A stretch of 64,000 nt of DNA, from assembly GCA_018816245.1 (NCBI GenBank), contig JAHIVW010000002.1:18314-82313 (forward strand). The letters are read 5' to 3'. Under the pieces are notes generated by a model. It made no database searches. It saw only the letters and a list, made by a program, of their open reading frames with translations, and had not been told where the DNA came from. This document shows, one piece after another, positions 46,639 to 55,527 of this stretch. The stretch is from Nanobdellota archaeon. Lineage in GTDB: Archaea; Aenigmatarchaeota; Aenigmatarchaeia; QMZP01. Position 1 is the stretch's first letter. The number at the start of each line of letters is the position of its first letter. The position numbers and the translations under genes are program-made.

Positions 46639-47280
46639 ATGGCAGAAAATGTCTGGCTCGCCAGCGTCAGGGACGCCCGGCAAAAAAGCAAGGATCGCAA
46701 GTTCTCCCAGACCTGGGACCTGATGATCAATGTCAAGGGCCTTGATCTGAAACGTCCTGAAAATCGTCTCAACACGGAATTCGTCCTCCCTCAGGGCCGC
46801 GGCAAGGCAATCAAGGTTGTTGTGATTGCTGACAGCATCGGCAACCAGGCACGCGAGGTTGCTGATCTGGTTATTGAAAAAGAACAGATTCTTGTCCTTG
46901 CCAAAGACAAGAAGAAACTGAAACAGATCGCAGACGAGTATGATTACTTCCTCGGCGAAGTCACGCTGATGGCACAAATCGGAAAAACCCTCGGGACCAT
47001 CCTTGGTCCACGGGGAAAGATTCCCAAACCGCTCCCACCAAAGGTTCCGGTGAAACCGTTGGTTGAACGCGCCCGCCGGACCGTCCGCATCTCACTGAAA
47101 GACACACCAGTGATCCACACTATTGTCGGCACTGACACCATGGAGGATGAAAAGATCGCGCAGAATGCAGAAGCACTGTTCAACTTCGTTCGCGACAAAC
47201 TTCCGAAAGGCCTGAACAGCATCAGGTCTGTCTACCTCAAACGAACCATGGGAGCGCCTGTGAAAGTGAATGCGAAGTGA
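46639..47280 (+). CDS. rpl1: 50S ribosomal protein uL1
   Basis: RKFSQTWDL.IN.KGLDLK, LPQGRG, LGPRGKIPKP, Y.KRTMG. Confidence 0.96.
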   Translation: MAENVWLASVRDARQKSKDRKFSQTWDLMINVKGLDLKRPENRLNTEFVLPQGRGKAIKVVVIADSIGNQAREVADLVIEKEQILVLAKDKKKLKQIADEYDYFLGEVTLMAQIGKTLGTILGPRGKIPKPLPPKVPVKPLVERARRTVRISLKDTPVIHTIVGTDTMEDEKIAQNAEALFNFVRDKLPKGLNSIRSVYLKRTMGAPVKVNAK

Positions 47281-47285
47281 TGATT

Positions 47286-48197
47286 ATGGTCTCCAAGAAA
47301 AACGTCGCCATGTTGCAGCACACCCAAACCCAGATCAAGGACTATCCGGTGGTTGGTATTCTGAATATGCACAACCTCCCCGGAAAACAACTGTTCCAGA
47401 TCCGGAACAGTTTGCACGGGACAGCGGTCATTCGCATGGTCCGGAAGTGTGTCCTGGAGCGCGCGCTCAAGGCTGATCCGCGAAAGGAACTCGACCAGCT
47501 TATCAAGTATATCCAAGGCGAACCAGCGCTCCTGCTTTCCAACGAAGATCCTTTCAAACTTGCGCGCATGATCGCAGACGCAAAGTCGCCTGCAAAGGCG
47601 AAAGAAGGTGACATCGCACCGCATGATATTGAAGTCAAGGCAGGCCCGACACCGCTTGCTCCTGGCCCTGCTATTGGCGAACTCCAGAAAGTGAAGCTCT
47701 CCGTTGGTGTGGAAGGCGACAAGATCGCCGTGAAGAAGGACACCGTGGTTGCAAAACAAGGGGATGTCATCACCAAGCAGCTCGCTAGTGTCCTTGCAAA
47801 ACTGAATATTGAACCCATGGAAATCGGTCTCACCCTGGTCGCGGCTGCAGAAAAAGGTATGATATACACGAGCGACGTGCTCTTCGTGTCACAGCAAGAG
47901 TACCTTGACAAGATCATGGCAGGCGGTACTGCCGCACTGAACCTGTCCGTCGTCATCGGCTACGTCACCAAGGAAAATATTGAAGTCTTCATCAGCAAGG
48001 CAAGCCGCGAGGCAAAAGCCTTGGCAATCGAAGCAGGCATCCTCACCAGCGAAACCGTTGGCCCGTTGCTCGCAAAGGGCGATGCCCAGGCACAGGAGCT
48101 CAAGAAGCATGTAAAGGAACCAGAGAAAAAGGAAGAAGTAAAAGACGAGAAGTCTGACGAAAAGAAACCAGCTGAAGAAGCTGAGGAGAAATCATAG
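47286..48197 (+). CDS. rpl10: 50S ribosomal protein uL10 (P0)
   Basis: QLFQIR, AKAKEGDIAP, AGPTPLAPGP, LAKLNIEPMEIGL. Confidence 0.95.
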   Translation: MVSKKNVAMLQHTQTQIKDYPVVGILNMHNLPGKQLFQIRNSLHGTAVIRMVRKCVLERALKADPRKELDQLIKYIQGEPALLLSNEDPFKLARMIADAKSPAKAKEGDIAPHDIEVKAGPTPLAPGPAIGELQKVKLSVGVEGDKIAVKKDTVVAKQGDVITKQLASVLAKLNIEPMEIGLTLVAAAEKGMIYTSDVLFVSQQEYLDKIMAGGTAALNLSVVIGYVTKENIEVFISKASREAKALAIEAGILTSETVGPLLAKGDAQAQELKKHVKEPEKKEEVKDEKSDEKKPAEEAEEKS

Positions 48198-48224
48198 TCA
48201 TTATTGACAAAGGAGGTATGAAAT

Positions 48225-48521
48225 ATGGAATACATCTACGCAGCACTCCTCCTGCACGCAGCAAAGAAGGACATCACTGAAGCAGCAGTCACGAAGGTGC
48301 TCGACGCAACTGGCACGAAATCAGACGCAGCCCGCGTCAAGGCGTTGGTTGCATCACTCGATGGCGTGAACATTGAGGAAGCGATCAAAAAGGCCGCCGC
48401 ACCGGTTGCCGCTGCTCCGGCTGCATCTGCCCCGTCAGAAGCAAAGAAGGAAGAGAAGAAAGAAGACGAGGGCAAGAAGGCAGAAGAAGCTGCAGCAGGA
48501 CTGTCGAGTCTGTTCGGATAA
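48225..48521 (+). CDS. rpl12: Ribosomal stalk protein P1/L12
   Basis: [37 protein letters not shown]. Confidence 0.96.
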   Translation: MEYIYAALLLHAAKKDITEAAVTKVLDATGTKSDAARVKALVASLDGVNIEEAIKKAAAPVAAAPAASAPSEAKKEEKKEDEGKKAEEAAAGLSSLFG

Positions 48522-48525
48522 TGTC

Positions 48526-48556
48526 TCCCCGGTTCCCGGGGAACCTTCTTTTCTTT
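48526..48556 (+). terminator. Hairpin plus T tract after rpl12
   Basis: TCCCCGG-TTC-CCGGGGA then ACCTTCTTTTCTTT. Confidence 0.6.
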
Positions 48557-51500
48557 AGGTTTTTGTTGTTGCAGGGACGCTCTTGTGATCATTACTCATG
48601 TGACTGGTGAAGAAATCATAAAGTGGGCCCCTCCCAGACGATGATCCGGATGTTCCGGACGACCCAGATGCCACTGATGTTGCGGCTTTTGCAGTGGCCT
48701 TTGTGTTTCCGACAAGACCGCCGCCAGCTTCCCCACCACCAAAGAAGTCAACAACCGTGCCCCCGAAATCACCGATCGGCTGCGTAAACCAGGCCGTGAC
48801 CCCGAACAGGCAGATCACGCCGGTTCCTATTGCGGCAATGTTCTCCCAATGATCGAAGATGCTGTCGTCTTCCTCGTCGTCATCGTCTTCGTTCTTCCCT
48901 TCGAGTTCGTCGATTTCCTTCTCGATATCCTCGGCCTCGTCCTTGTGATCGGCGATTGCGGGAAGCGCCCAGGTCGCGTAGCACGCGGCAATGGTCAGGG
49001 CAGCGCCGAAGAGCGTGCACCAGTTCTTTCCGGCGACGCTAGTTGCAGTGGACGTTCCTGTAGCGGCGCCGGTTGCACCTGCATCTTGGAAGGAGAGTAT
49101 TTGTTGAGGTTCAAGCGGTGCAAGATTAGGAATTAAACCTCCTTGATTATCCCCAATATTTGGAACGGTCCCATCTGGGAGGCTTCCTGGATTTCCTGGC
49201 GGTTTTGCACTAAAAGGAATACTCGGATCCTCAGCAGGTGGAATACTTGGCGCAGCCTTCCCAGCCGCTTCATCAGCAGGCGACGCCTTCCCGGTTGTCT
49301 TCTCCTTGTAACACGCAATCCCGAGTCCAACAACGATAATCCCTGCGATAATCAGTTGCGTTGTCAGACAATTCGCTGCGTGTTCCTCTTCTGCGAGATC
49401 ATCTTCCAGCTCTTCCTTTTCTTCAAGAAGCGAATTCAGGACATCTTCGCCGTCCCGGAAGAGGGTTACGTCCTGCTTGGCCGTCACCGCAACGAGCTCG
49501 CTCTTTTGGGGAAGCTTCAGTTCCATGTCAATCTGCAAGGTCGTGTCAATGTCCCCGACATCATCTTCCGTGGTTGACACGCCTTCAAGTGGCTTTGGAG
49601 AAATATGACAGATGTACTTCTCGCCATCCGGTTCACACCCAATGAACGTCTCTTTCCCGAAGAGTTTCGCAGTTACGCTGTCGATGGTCGTTCCTGCAGG
49701 CACCTTGGTCAGCTTCACCGAAATGTCAAACCCTTTCAGGAAAATACACATTGCCCCCCGTTCCTGGACCTTGCACTCCGGCTTCTCAGGATCAACGCTG
49801 AGAATGGCAAGACTAATTTTGGACTGGGGAACGCACACACTATCAAGATCATCCCCACCCGGGACACAGGAGTACTCCGGTCCGAAGGATGGATTGAGTT
49901 CACAGGCACAGTCGAGACACGAATTCTTTGCAGACTCACCCAGATCCGCCTGGCATACCCCATCATGTTCAAGATACGAGAACGAAATGTCAAACCTCGG
50001 AAGATCCAGAGCAAGATCCTTGATCTGCTCGCCTGCGCCGTCCGGGAACTGGGCAATCACGAAAATAGTCGGCTCAAGGGACGCAGTTAAGGCACCCTCA
50101 TCAAAACTGGCCAGATCATGATAATTGGAAATTTGAGGAACCGTAAGCGTGCACGTTAGGTGATTGGCATTCAATAGGTCACAGGTAACGGAACAAGGGA
50201 CATCCTCATCAAAGAAGCAGCCAATTCCACTGAGAATCACCCCAGTCGGTGGTTTCACGAGATGGAATTCGACGAGTGCGTCATTCTCCTGCGTCGCAAC
50301 AAAGGCTGTGTCAGAAACTGCATCCAGATCCAGCTTCACTACATCAAGAACGCGGCAGATGTCGTTTGGTCCTGGTGTCCCTGTTGAATCGCAGTACTCT
50401 CCTGCTCCGCAGCCGGTATCGATGCAACAAATCTCACCAAGGGATGCAATGCCGTCACCGCAGTAGTTTGTTCCAATCCCGGTTGCAAAGCTGAGGTCAA
50501 GCGTCTCCCCGACGGTGACACCACTACACGTTGTGACCGTTGTCGGGAAGCTCAAGGTGGTGTAGTGGGTGTAGCTCTTTGTTGGAGCACCATTCACGAT
50601 CGTGAACGGCACCGTGCAGGTAAGTGGCAAGACTCCATTGACGACTGTTCCTTTCGTACATGTTGCACTGCATGTGGACTGGCAGGCACTCCCTTCACTC
50701 TCCGTGCAACTCGAGGTGCAGGTTGGTGCCCCGACGCTGTAACCGCCAGGAATATTATCAAGTTCAATGCTTGTTGTGACCTCAACACTCCCGTCTGCTG
50801 CGGTTCCGCTCACCCCGGTTGGGTTTGTTGTAATGAGGTGAATATTCGATCCTGTTGGCAGTGTTGTACAGACACCGGGGTCATCAGGATTCGAGGGATT
50901 CACAAAGGTACACACCGTTCCTGAGGCACAAGCATCAGAACAATCCTTGGCACAATTCTGAACATTCTCTCCGAGGCCGCTTTCGCAGACCGTGTTCCCA
51001 CAGGTCCATGACCCAACCGTGATCTGCGGGAAATTCGTGGAAATGGTTTTCGTGAGCGTTCCCTGCTTGGTCGCATCACTATACACCATCACAAAGGTCA
51101 TGGTATTTGGTGACAGAACATAATTCTCGCCAGAACAGGCAGGATCAGCAGGCACCACAACAGCACACTGGTAGGTATCATTACTCACCGGCGTGCAGGC
51201 AGCCATCGTTTCCGGGCCCCCGCCAAGCGAATAACGCGCTTGACTGAGTGATGCACCAGGAAGCATGTTGACAACCTTGAATTGGAGCTGTAGAGTATTC
51301 GCTACCTGGCAATTGCTGATTGCGGTGTTCGGTGTCCCGGCATTCACCAGTGCCATGGTTTCCTGATAACATGAAAAGGTCCCGTCGTCGAGGACGCACA
51401 CCATCTGATTCGGGCATCCGCCACAGTCAATGCAAGCAGTGATGGGTGTTTCTCCGGATTCGCAAATCCCATTCCCAATTGAGCCAGAAGCCGCAGTATA

Positions 51501-52307
51501 TTTCTCAAGCTGGATTCCAGAACCAATTGCTGTTGCGAGCTTCGGAAAGAGGAATCCCCACTTGGTGTCAAGGCCGGTGAACAGGTTCGTCCCAACAACG
51601 AGCGGCACGAATCCTGCAGGCGGTGCATCAGCCTTCAAAACATAGAGCTTGTCAGCGTTCGGTGCTTGGATGCTTGTCACCCAATCAGCACTGACCGGAA
51701 CTGCCTTGTTCTGTTCAATATAATGTTTGATGTCGTTCACGACATCAACACTCTTCGCGTTGACCACAAGTTCGTTAATTGCCGTTGATTTGTGTTCGAA
51801 TATGTTTGTTCCTGTTCGGACAACCTGGTCCCAGTACGCGGCAACGAGCTGATCACCAGCCCGGTTCAGGCGCGTCACAATGAGAAAGCGCGCCACTTGC
51901 GGGTTGCTTGAAGAAGGGGGCGGCGACAGATGATTGGCAACTTGAGACCATGTTGTTGTGTGCGTTGCAACCCCGCCGCTGGCAATCACGGTTGCAAAGG
52001 ACGGAGTACTCGAACCAATACAATCCGTTGGTGTTGCTGCGTTCTTACATGGGATAATGTATGCGGTGTCAAGCGTAAAGGTTGTTCCGGAAATCATCAT
52101 CGACACTTGTGGATCAGTTCCCGGCGTCACGGTTATCACACGGTCTGCTTGTTCCGGAAGATACACTTGCTGATCAGGAAACGCTGGTGTCCCCAAATTC
52201 ACAATCTTCACGTTGGTTGTGTGGAGTGCCGAGACAACGCTGATACTCATGACAAGATAGACCGCTGCTGCCACACTCGCTAACACAACCATTGCTCGAA
52301 GATTCAT
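48555..52307 (-). CDS. Giant Cys-rich surface protein (cassette B partner, about 1250 aa): 4 Cys-knot/Ig-like repeats, acidic coils, 3 C-terminal hydrophobic segments
   Basis: Signal-like N-terminus; four G(N/D)..C..GE..C..D units; paralogous to 55524-58592; ATG 1 nt after the upstream stop. Confidence 0.8.
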   Translation of the reverse strand: MNLRAMVVLASVAAAVYLVMSISVVSALHTTNVKIVNLGTPAFPDQQVYLPEQADRVITVTPGTDPQVSMMISGTTFTLDTAYIIPCKNAATPTDCIGSSTPSFATVIASGGVATHTTTWSQVANHLSPPPSSSNPQVARFLIVTRLNRAGDQLVAAYWDQVVRTGTNIFEHKSTAINELVVNAKSVDVVNDIKHYIEQNKAVPVSADWVTSIQAPNADKLYVLKADAPPAGFVPLVVGTNLFTGLDTKWGFLFPKLATAIGSGIQLEKYTAASGSIGNGICESGETPITACIDCGGCPNQMVCVLDDGTFSCYQETMALVNAGTPNTAISNCQVANTLQLQFKVVNMLPGASLSQARYSLGGGPETMAACTPVSNDTYQCAVVVPADPACSGENYVLSPNTMTFVMVYSDATKQGTLTKTISTNFPQITVGSWTCGNTVCESGLGENVQNCAKDCSDACASGTVCTFVNPSNPDDPGVCTTLPTGSNIHLITTNPTGVSGTAADGSVEVTTSIELDNIPGGYSVGAPTCTSSCTESEGSACQSTCSATCTKGTVVNGVLPLTCTVPFTIVNGAPTKSYTHYTTLSFPTTVTTCSGVTVGETLDLSFATGIGTNYCGDGIASLGEICCIDTGCGAGEYCDSTGTPGPNDICRVLDVVKLDLDAVSDTAFVATQENDALVEFHLVKPPTGVILSGIGCFFDEDVPCSVTCDLLNANHLTCTLTVPQISNYHDLASFDEGALTASLEPTIFVIAQFPDGAGEQIKDLALDLPRFDISFSYLEHDGVCQADLGESAKNSCLDCACELNPSFGPEYSCVPGGDDLDSVCVPQSKISLAILSVDPEKPECKVQERGAMCIFLKGFDISVKLTKVPAGTTIDSVTAKLFGKETFIGCEPDGEKYICHISPKPLEGVSTTEDDVGDIDTTLQIDMELKLPQKSELVAVTAKQDVTLFRDGEDVLNSLLEEKEELEDDLAEEEHAANCLTTQLIIAGIIVVGLGIACYKEKTTGKASPADEAAGKAAPSIPPAEDPSIPFSAKPPGNPGSLPDGTVPNIGDNQGGLIPNLAPLEPQQILSFQDAGATGAATGTSTATSVAGKNWCTLFGAALTIAACYATWALPAIADHKDEAEDIEKEIDELEGKNEDDDDEEDDSIFDHWENIAAIGTGVICLFGVTAWFTQPIGDFGGTVVDFFGGGEAGGGLVGNTKATAKAATSVASGSSGTSGSSSGRGPLYDFFTSHMSNDHKSVPATTKT

Positions 52308-52308
52308 C

Positions 52309-54465
52309 CTAGCACGCTCCTGTAATCGCTGCATCACATGAGGAACTGATCATTGCTTTGACATTCTCAGGGGAACAGGTACTCGCAAAGGCGCCGGCAA
52401 CCTGTTGCGCCGTGAGGCAACCAGTTCCCTGCAGCATTGTTGCGATCGCTTGCAGATCGCTGCATGTACAGACTTGATTGAAATGATAAATGGTTGAAGC
52501 ATACGGCCCCCCAACGCGGAAGGTATCCATCCCACAGCTGTTCTTCAGGTCCATGGTTGCCTGCTGTTTGCTTGCTGTTGTTGTTCCTCCAGGAACAGGA
52601 AGTGACACCGCAAGCGGATCAGGGGTCGTCGGGACTGCCCCAGTGATCTGGAAGCCCGAGACAGGCTCCAGACCAAACGGCGACTCGGCTGAGAGGAAGT
52701 TCCCCTCGACAGTATACGTTCCGCTGACGAGTGTATCAAGCGGAGAACCACCGATTCCTGGAACTAAATGAAGGCTTGAAGGAACCGTAATCGAGCTGGC
52801 ATACTCGATACAGCTATTCACACAATCAGTGCATGTCGGATCAGTGACTGCTGCATCCCCATTCTCCGCGACAGCAACCTTGCACGCCGCGCAGGTTGGG
52901 GTGGGGTTATCATAACATCCTGATAGGTCAGTATTCAGGAAGGAATGGATCGTTTCTCCTGCTGTCAGCTTCACACTTACTGGTCCGTCAGGGACCACGG
53001 ACGTGCAGGTCGTGTATGGTGTTCCCGTTGCGACCGTCACCTCCCGGAAGGACATGGTATGAGGAACATTCACTCCAATCGTGACATCATAGCCGTTTAC
53101 GAGCTCTGCTGTAGCAACGGTTTGACTCAGGACATTGTGATCCGGTTCATAGACATGAAGGGTATCGCTTCCCGTACAGGCAACTGGTCCTGTCAGGACA
53201 CCATTTGTGTCGGTCATCCCGGAGAAGCAATCCCCGTAGATGACTGCTGCACCTGGTACTGGTGTCCCTTCGTTGTCCCGCACCCGCACGGTTCCTGTGC
53301 AGAGCAGATCAGGACAGTGTGCTGATACATCAAGTGGTGTCGCACTGTCACAACTCGCGACCTTCATCTCCTCAACAGAGACAAATCCAGCGAATCGGAA
53401 GGCATTCCCCGTGAACTCGTCTTCAACTTCAATGATGTAGGGATAGGTGAATGAGGGAGCAAAGAGGAAGGAGCTGTGGCAAATCGGCAGCGCCAAGCCT
53501 AGGATCGCCAGCGGCGGATAGTTCAGCAGCTGCTTGTTCGCATACGCGACCATGGGGGCGCTTGCGGTGAAATCAAGCCCATCAGGGAGTCGCTGTTGAA
53601 TTGTGAGATCATGATAGGAGACCCCATTAACTGTGGTAATGTCGAAGACCATTTGTTTATCGTCCTCCTTGGGGATATCCACGAACCAGTAGGTGTTCGC
53701 AAGGACGTACTCGACCACATCACTGAGCGCTTCACCGAGATCCTCGGGGGACCGGGTGAATCCTGTCCCGCACTCGTAAATCATCCCGCCGACCGGGATT
53801 CTCGAAAATCCGTCATCAGCATCTTTGACGAGGTAGAGCGAGGTAATTGTGTTGTGATCGAACTGCCGGGTGTTTGCGAAGGACGTTGCTACATCCTGAG
53901 CAAAGGAAATAATTCGGCCCAATGAGGTCGGCGTCATTGCCTGATACACAGGATTCGCTGTTGTTCCCTTAATTTTTGTTGGGATTGTTGCCGTTGCTTC
54001 GACCCTGCTGTCGAAGATTGTGATCTCAATAGAGAGTTTTGAAAGATCAAAAGTAACGTCCTTCCCCGGAAGCGGGTTGATGTTCATGTTTTCTGTAAGG
54101 TACTTCTTCAAGGCAAAAGCAAAATCAGTCTTGATCTGGTTCATGCTCGGGGCGAGATTGGTGTCGCACACCTGCCAGTAGGGGACGCCGTCACCAAGAT
54201 AGGTCGTGAATGCCGGGATCGTGCCGTCTTCATTCCCGAGCTGTTCGAGGGAAAGATAGCCGCCGTGACGTTCCATCTCGTCCACGACATGGATAATTCC
54301 ATCAGCGAGGATACCGTTCACACTGTTATGAACAAGCTGTTCGTCGCTTGAAAGGGCAGCAGGACCAATTGACGGGAGATAGTCCTGATATGCAATTGCA
54401 ATGACAACGAGTGCAACAAGAACAATACCGACCAGTGCAACGAATTCGACCTGCCCCCGTCGCAT
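52309..54465 (-). CDS. Class III signal-peptide (type IV pilin-like) large protein (cassette B)
   Basis: MRRG/QVEFVALVGIVLVALVVIAI; ME.HGGYL, GVPYWQVC; prealbumin-like domain; CTCSDL..GCLTA; TATA about 54488-54496. Confidence 0.78.
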   Translation of the reverse strand: MRRGQVEFVALVGIVLVALVVIAIAYQDYLPSIGPAALSSDEQLVHNSVNGILADGIIHVVDEMERHGGYLSLEQLGNEDGTIPAFTTYLGDGVPYWQVCDTNLAPSMNQIKTDFAFALKKYLTENMNINPLPGKDVTFDLSKLSIEITIFDSRVEATATIPTKIKGTTANPVYQAMTPTSLGRIISFAQDVATSFANTRQFDHNTITSLYLVKDADDGFSRIPVGGMIYECGTGFTRSPEDLGEALSDVVEYVLANTYWFVDIPKEDDKQMVFDITTVNGVSYHDLTIQQRLPDGLDFTASAPMVAYANKQLLNYPPLAILGLALPICHSSFLFAPSFTYPYIIEVEDEFTGNAFRFAGFVSVEEMKVASCDSATPLDVSAHCPDLLCTGTVRVRDNEGTPVPGAAVIYGDCFSGMTDTNGVLTGPVACTGSDTLHVYEPDHNVLSQTVATAELVNGYDVTIGVNVPHTMSFREVTVATGTPYTTCTSVVPDGPVSVKLTAGETIHSFLNTDLSGCYDNPTPTCAACKVAVAENGDAAVTDPTCTDCVNSCIEYASSITVPSSLHLVPGIGGSPLDTLVSGTYTVEGNFLSAESPFGLEPVSGFQITGAVPTTPDPLAVSLPVPGGTTTASKQQATMDLKNSCGMDTFRVGGPYASTIYHFNQVCTCSDLQAIATMLQGTGCLTAQQVAGAFASTCSPENVKAMISSSCDAAITGAC

Positions 54466-54524
54466 GGTATTATTTTCTATTCAAGAGTATATATAACAGC
54501 AAAAAGGCCACCCCTGGTTCCTCT

Positions 54525-55139
54525 TTAAATGAGTGATTCACTCTGTGCTATGCTTCCAGTTCCCTGGTTGCTCGTTGTTGGACCAGACGTTACTGGTGTT
54601 GACCCTGTCCTTTGACAGATTTCCCATGCCTGTCCAGCACATGAAACTTCACATTGGTAGCACTCCACTTCTGACGGAAGAGGGAAAAAGATGGTCCATG
54701 GAAAATGCTCTCCCCAGTATTGCCGACGTTGCGCATCTGTCCGGTGTTCCTTCCATTGCCGGCATCGTGCATCTGAAAATGCACCCGCACCCGCACCATA
54801 ATCCGCAGTCATGCAATTTGGGTCATCCCAACATCGGTTGGGAGGAGGTGCCATGCTAATCAATGCATCGGCGCATGTTGCTTCTGCATCTGCAACAGCA
54901 ATTCGTCTCGCGTCGCTTGCGGTTCGAGCACAAACCGAATCACCATGACCGTCAGCAGGGCCCAATTGCGTGATATACCACGTGCACTCGCCACCGGTAC
55001 TCCCGCCCGCCTGCTGCCCGCTCGGTGCCAATAACATCGGCAGTCTCGGGTCAAGCGCAACCGAACCAACCATGAGCGCAAGAAAAACAACAAGAACAAA
55101 ATACGCCAGATATTTTTGTTGCACGATCTTCACCTTCAT
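54525..55139 (-). CDS. TM-anchored Cys-rich hypothetical protein
   Basis: N-terminal TM, 10 Cys in the ectodomain. Confidence 0.62.
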   Translation of the reverse strand: MKVKIVQQKYLAYFVLVVFLALMVGSVALDPRLPMLLAPSGQQAGGSTGGECTWYITQLGPADGHGDSVCARTASDARRIAVADAEATCADALISMAPPPNRCWDDPNCMTADYGAGAGAFSDARCRQWKEHRTDAQRRQYWGEHFPWTIFFPLPSEVECYQCEVSCAGQAWEICQRTGSTPVTSGPTTSNQGTGSIAQSESLI

Positions 55140-55194
55140 GGGTTCCCTGCCGTTTGGAATCGAGATGCCCTACCTCTCTTTTTTCTTTCCTTTC

Positions 55195-55527
55195 TTATAT
55201 AGGCCAAGTTGCCGGAATCTTACTCGCGAGTCCAGGTTCTGCAAGGATATCATACCCGATGCCCACACTCTTTCCCTTCTTGCTTACATTATAATATTTT
55301 CCGAAACCAAGAAGCAGCCCCCCTTGCGTTCCGTAGCCTTCGATTGGGCTGTTTTCCAGCAGCCCGATGGCATTGGACGCATCCTGATAGGCCTTGTTGA
55401 TTGCCTTGATTGTTTCAATGAACGGATGTGTCCCAGCGGCACGTGCCCCGGAAATTCCTGCCACAAGAAGAAGCAACACAATAACTATCATGACCCCGTA
55501 CACCGTTCCATAGTTCTTCATGCTCAT
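55195..55527 (-). CDS. Small TM/signal-peptide protein translationally coupled to the cassette A giant protein
   Basis: ATGA overlap at 55524-55527; hydrophobic N-terminal helix. Confidence 0.6.
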   Translation of the reverse strand: MSMKNYGTVYGVMIVIVLLLLVAGISGARAAGTHPFIETIKAINKAYQDASNAIGLLENSPIEGYGTQGGLLLGFGKYYNVSKKGKSVGIGYDILAEPGLASKIPATWPI

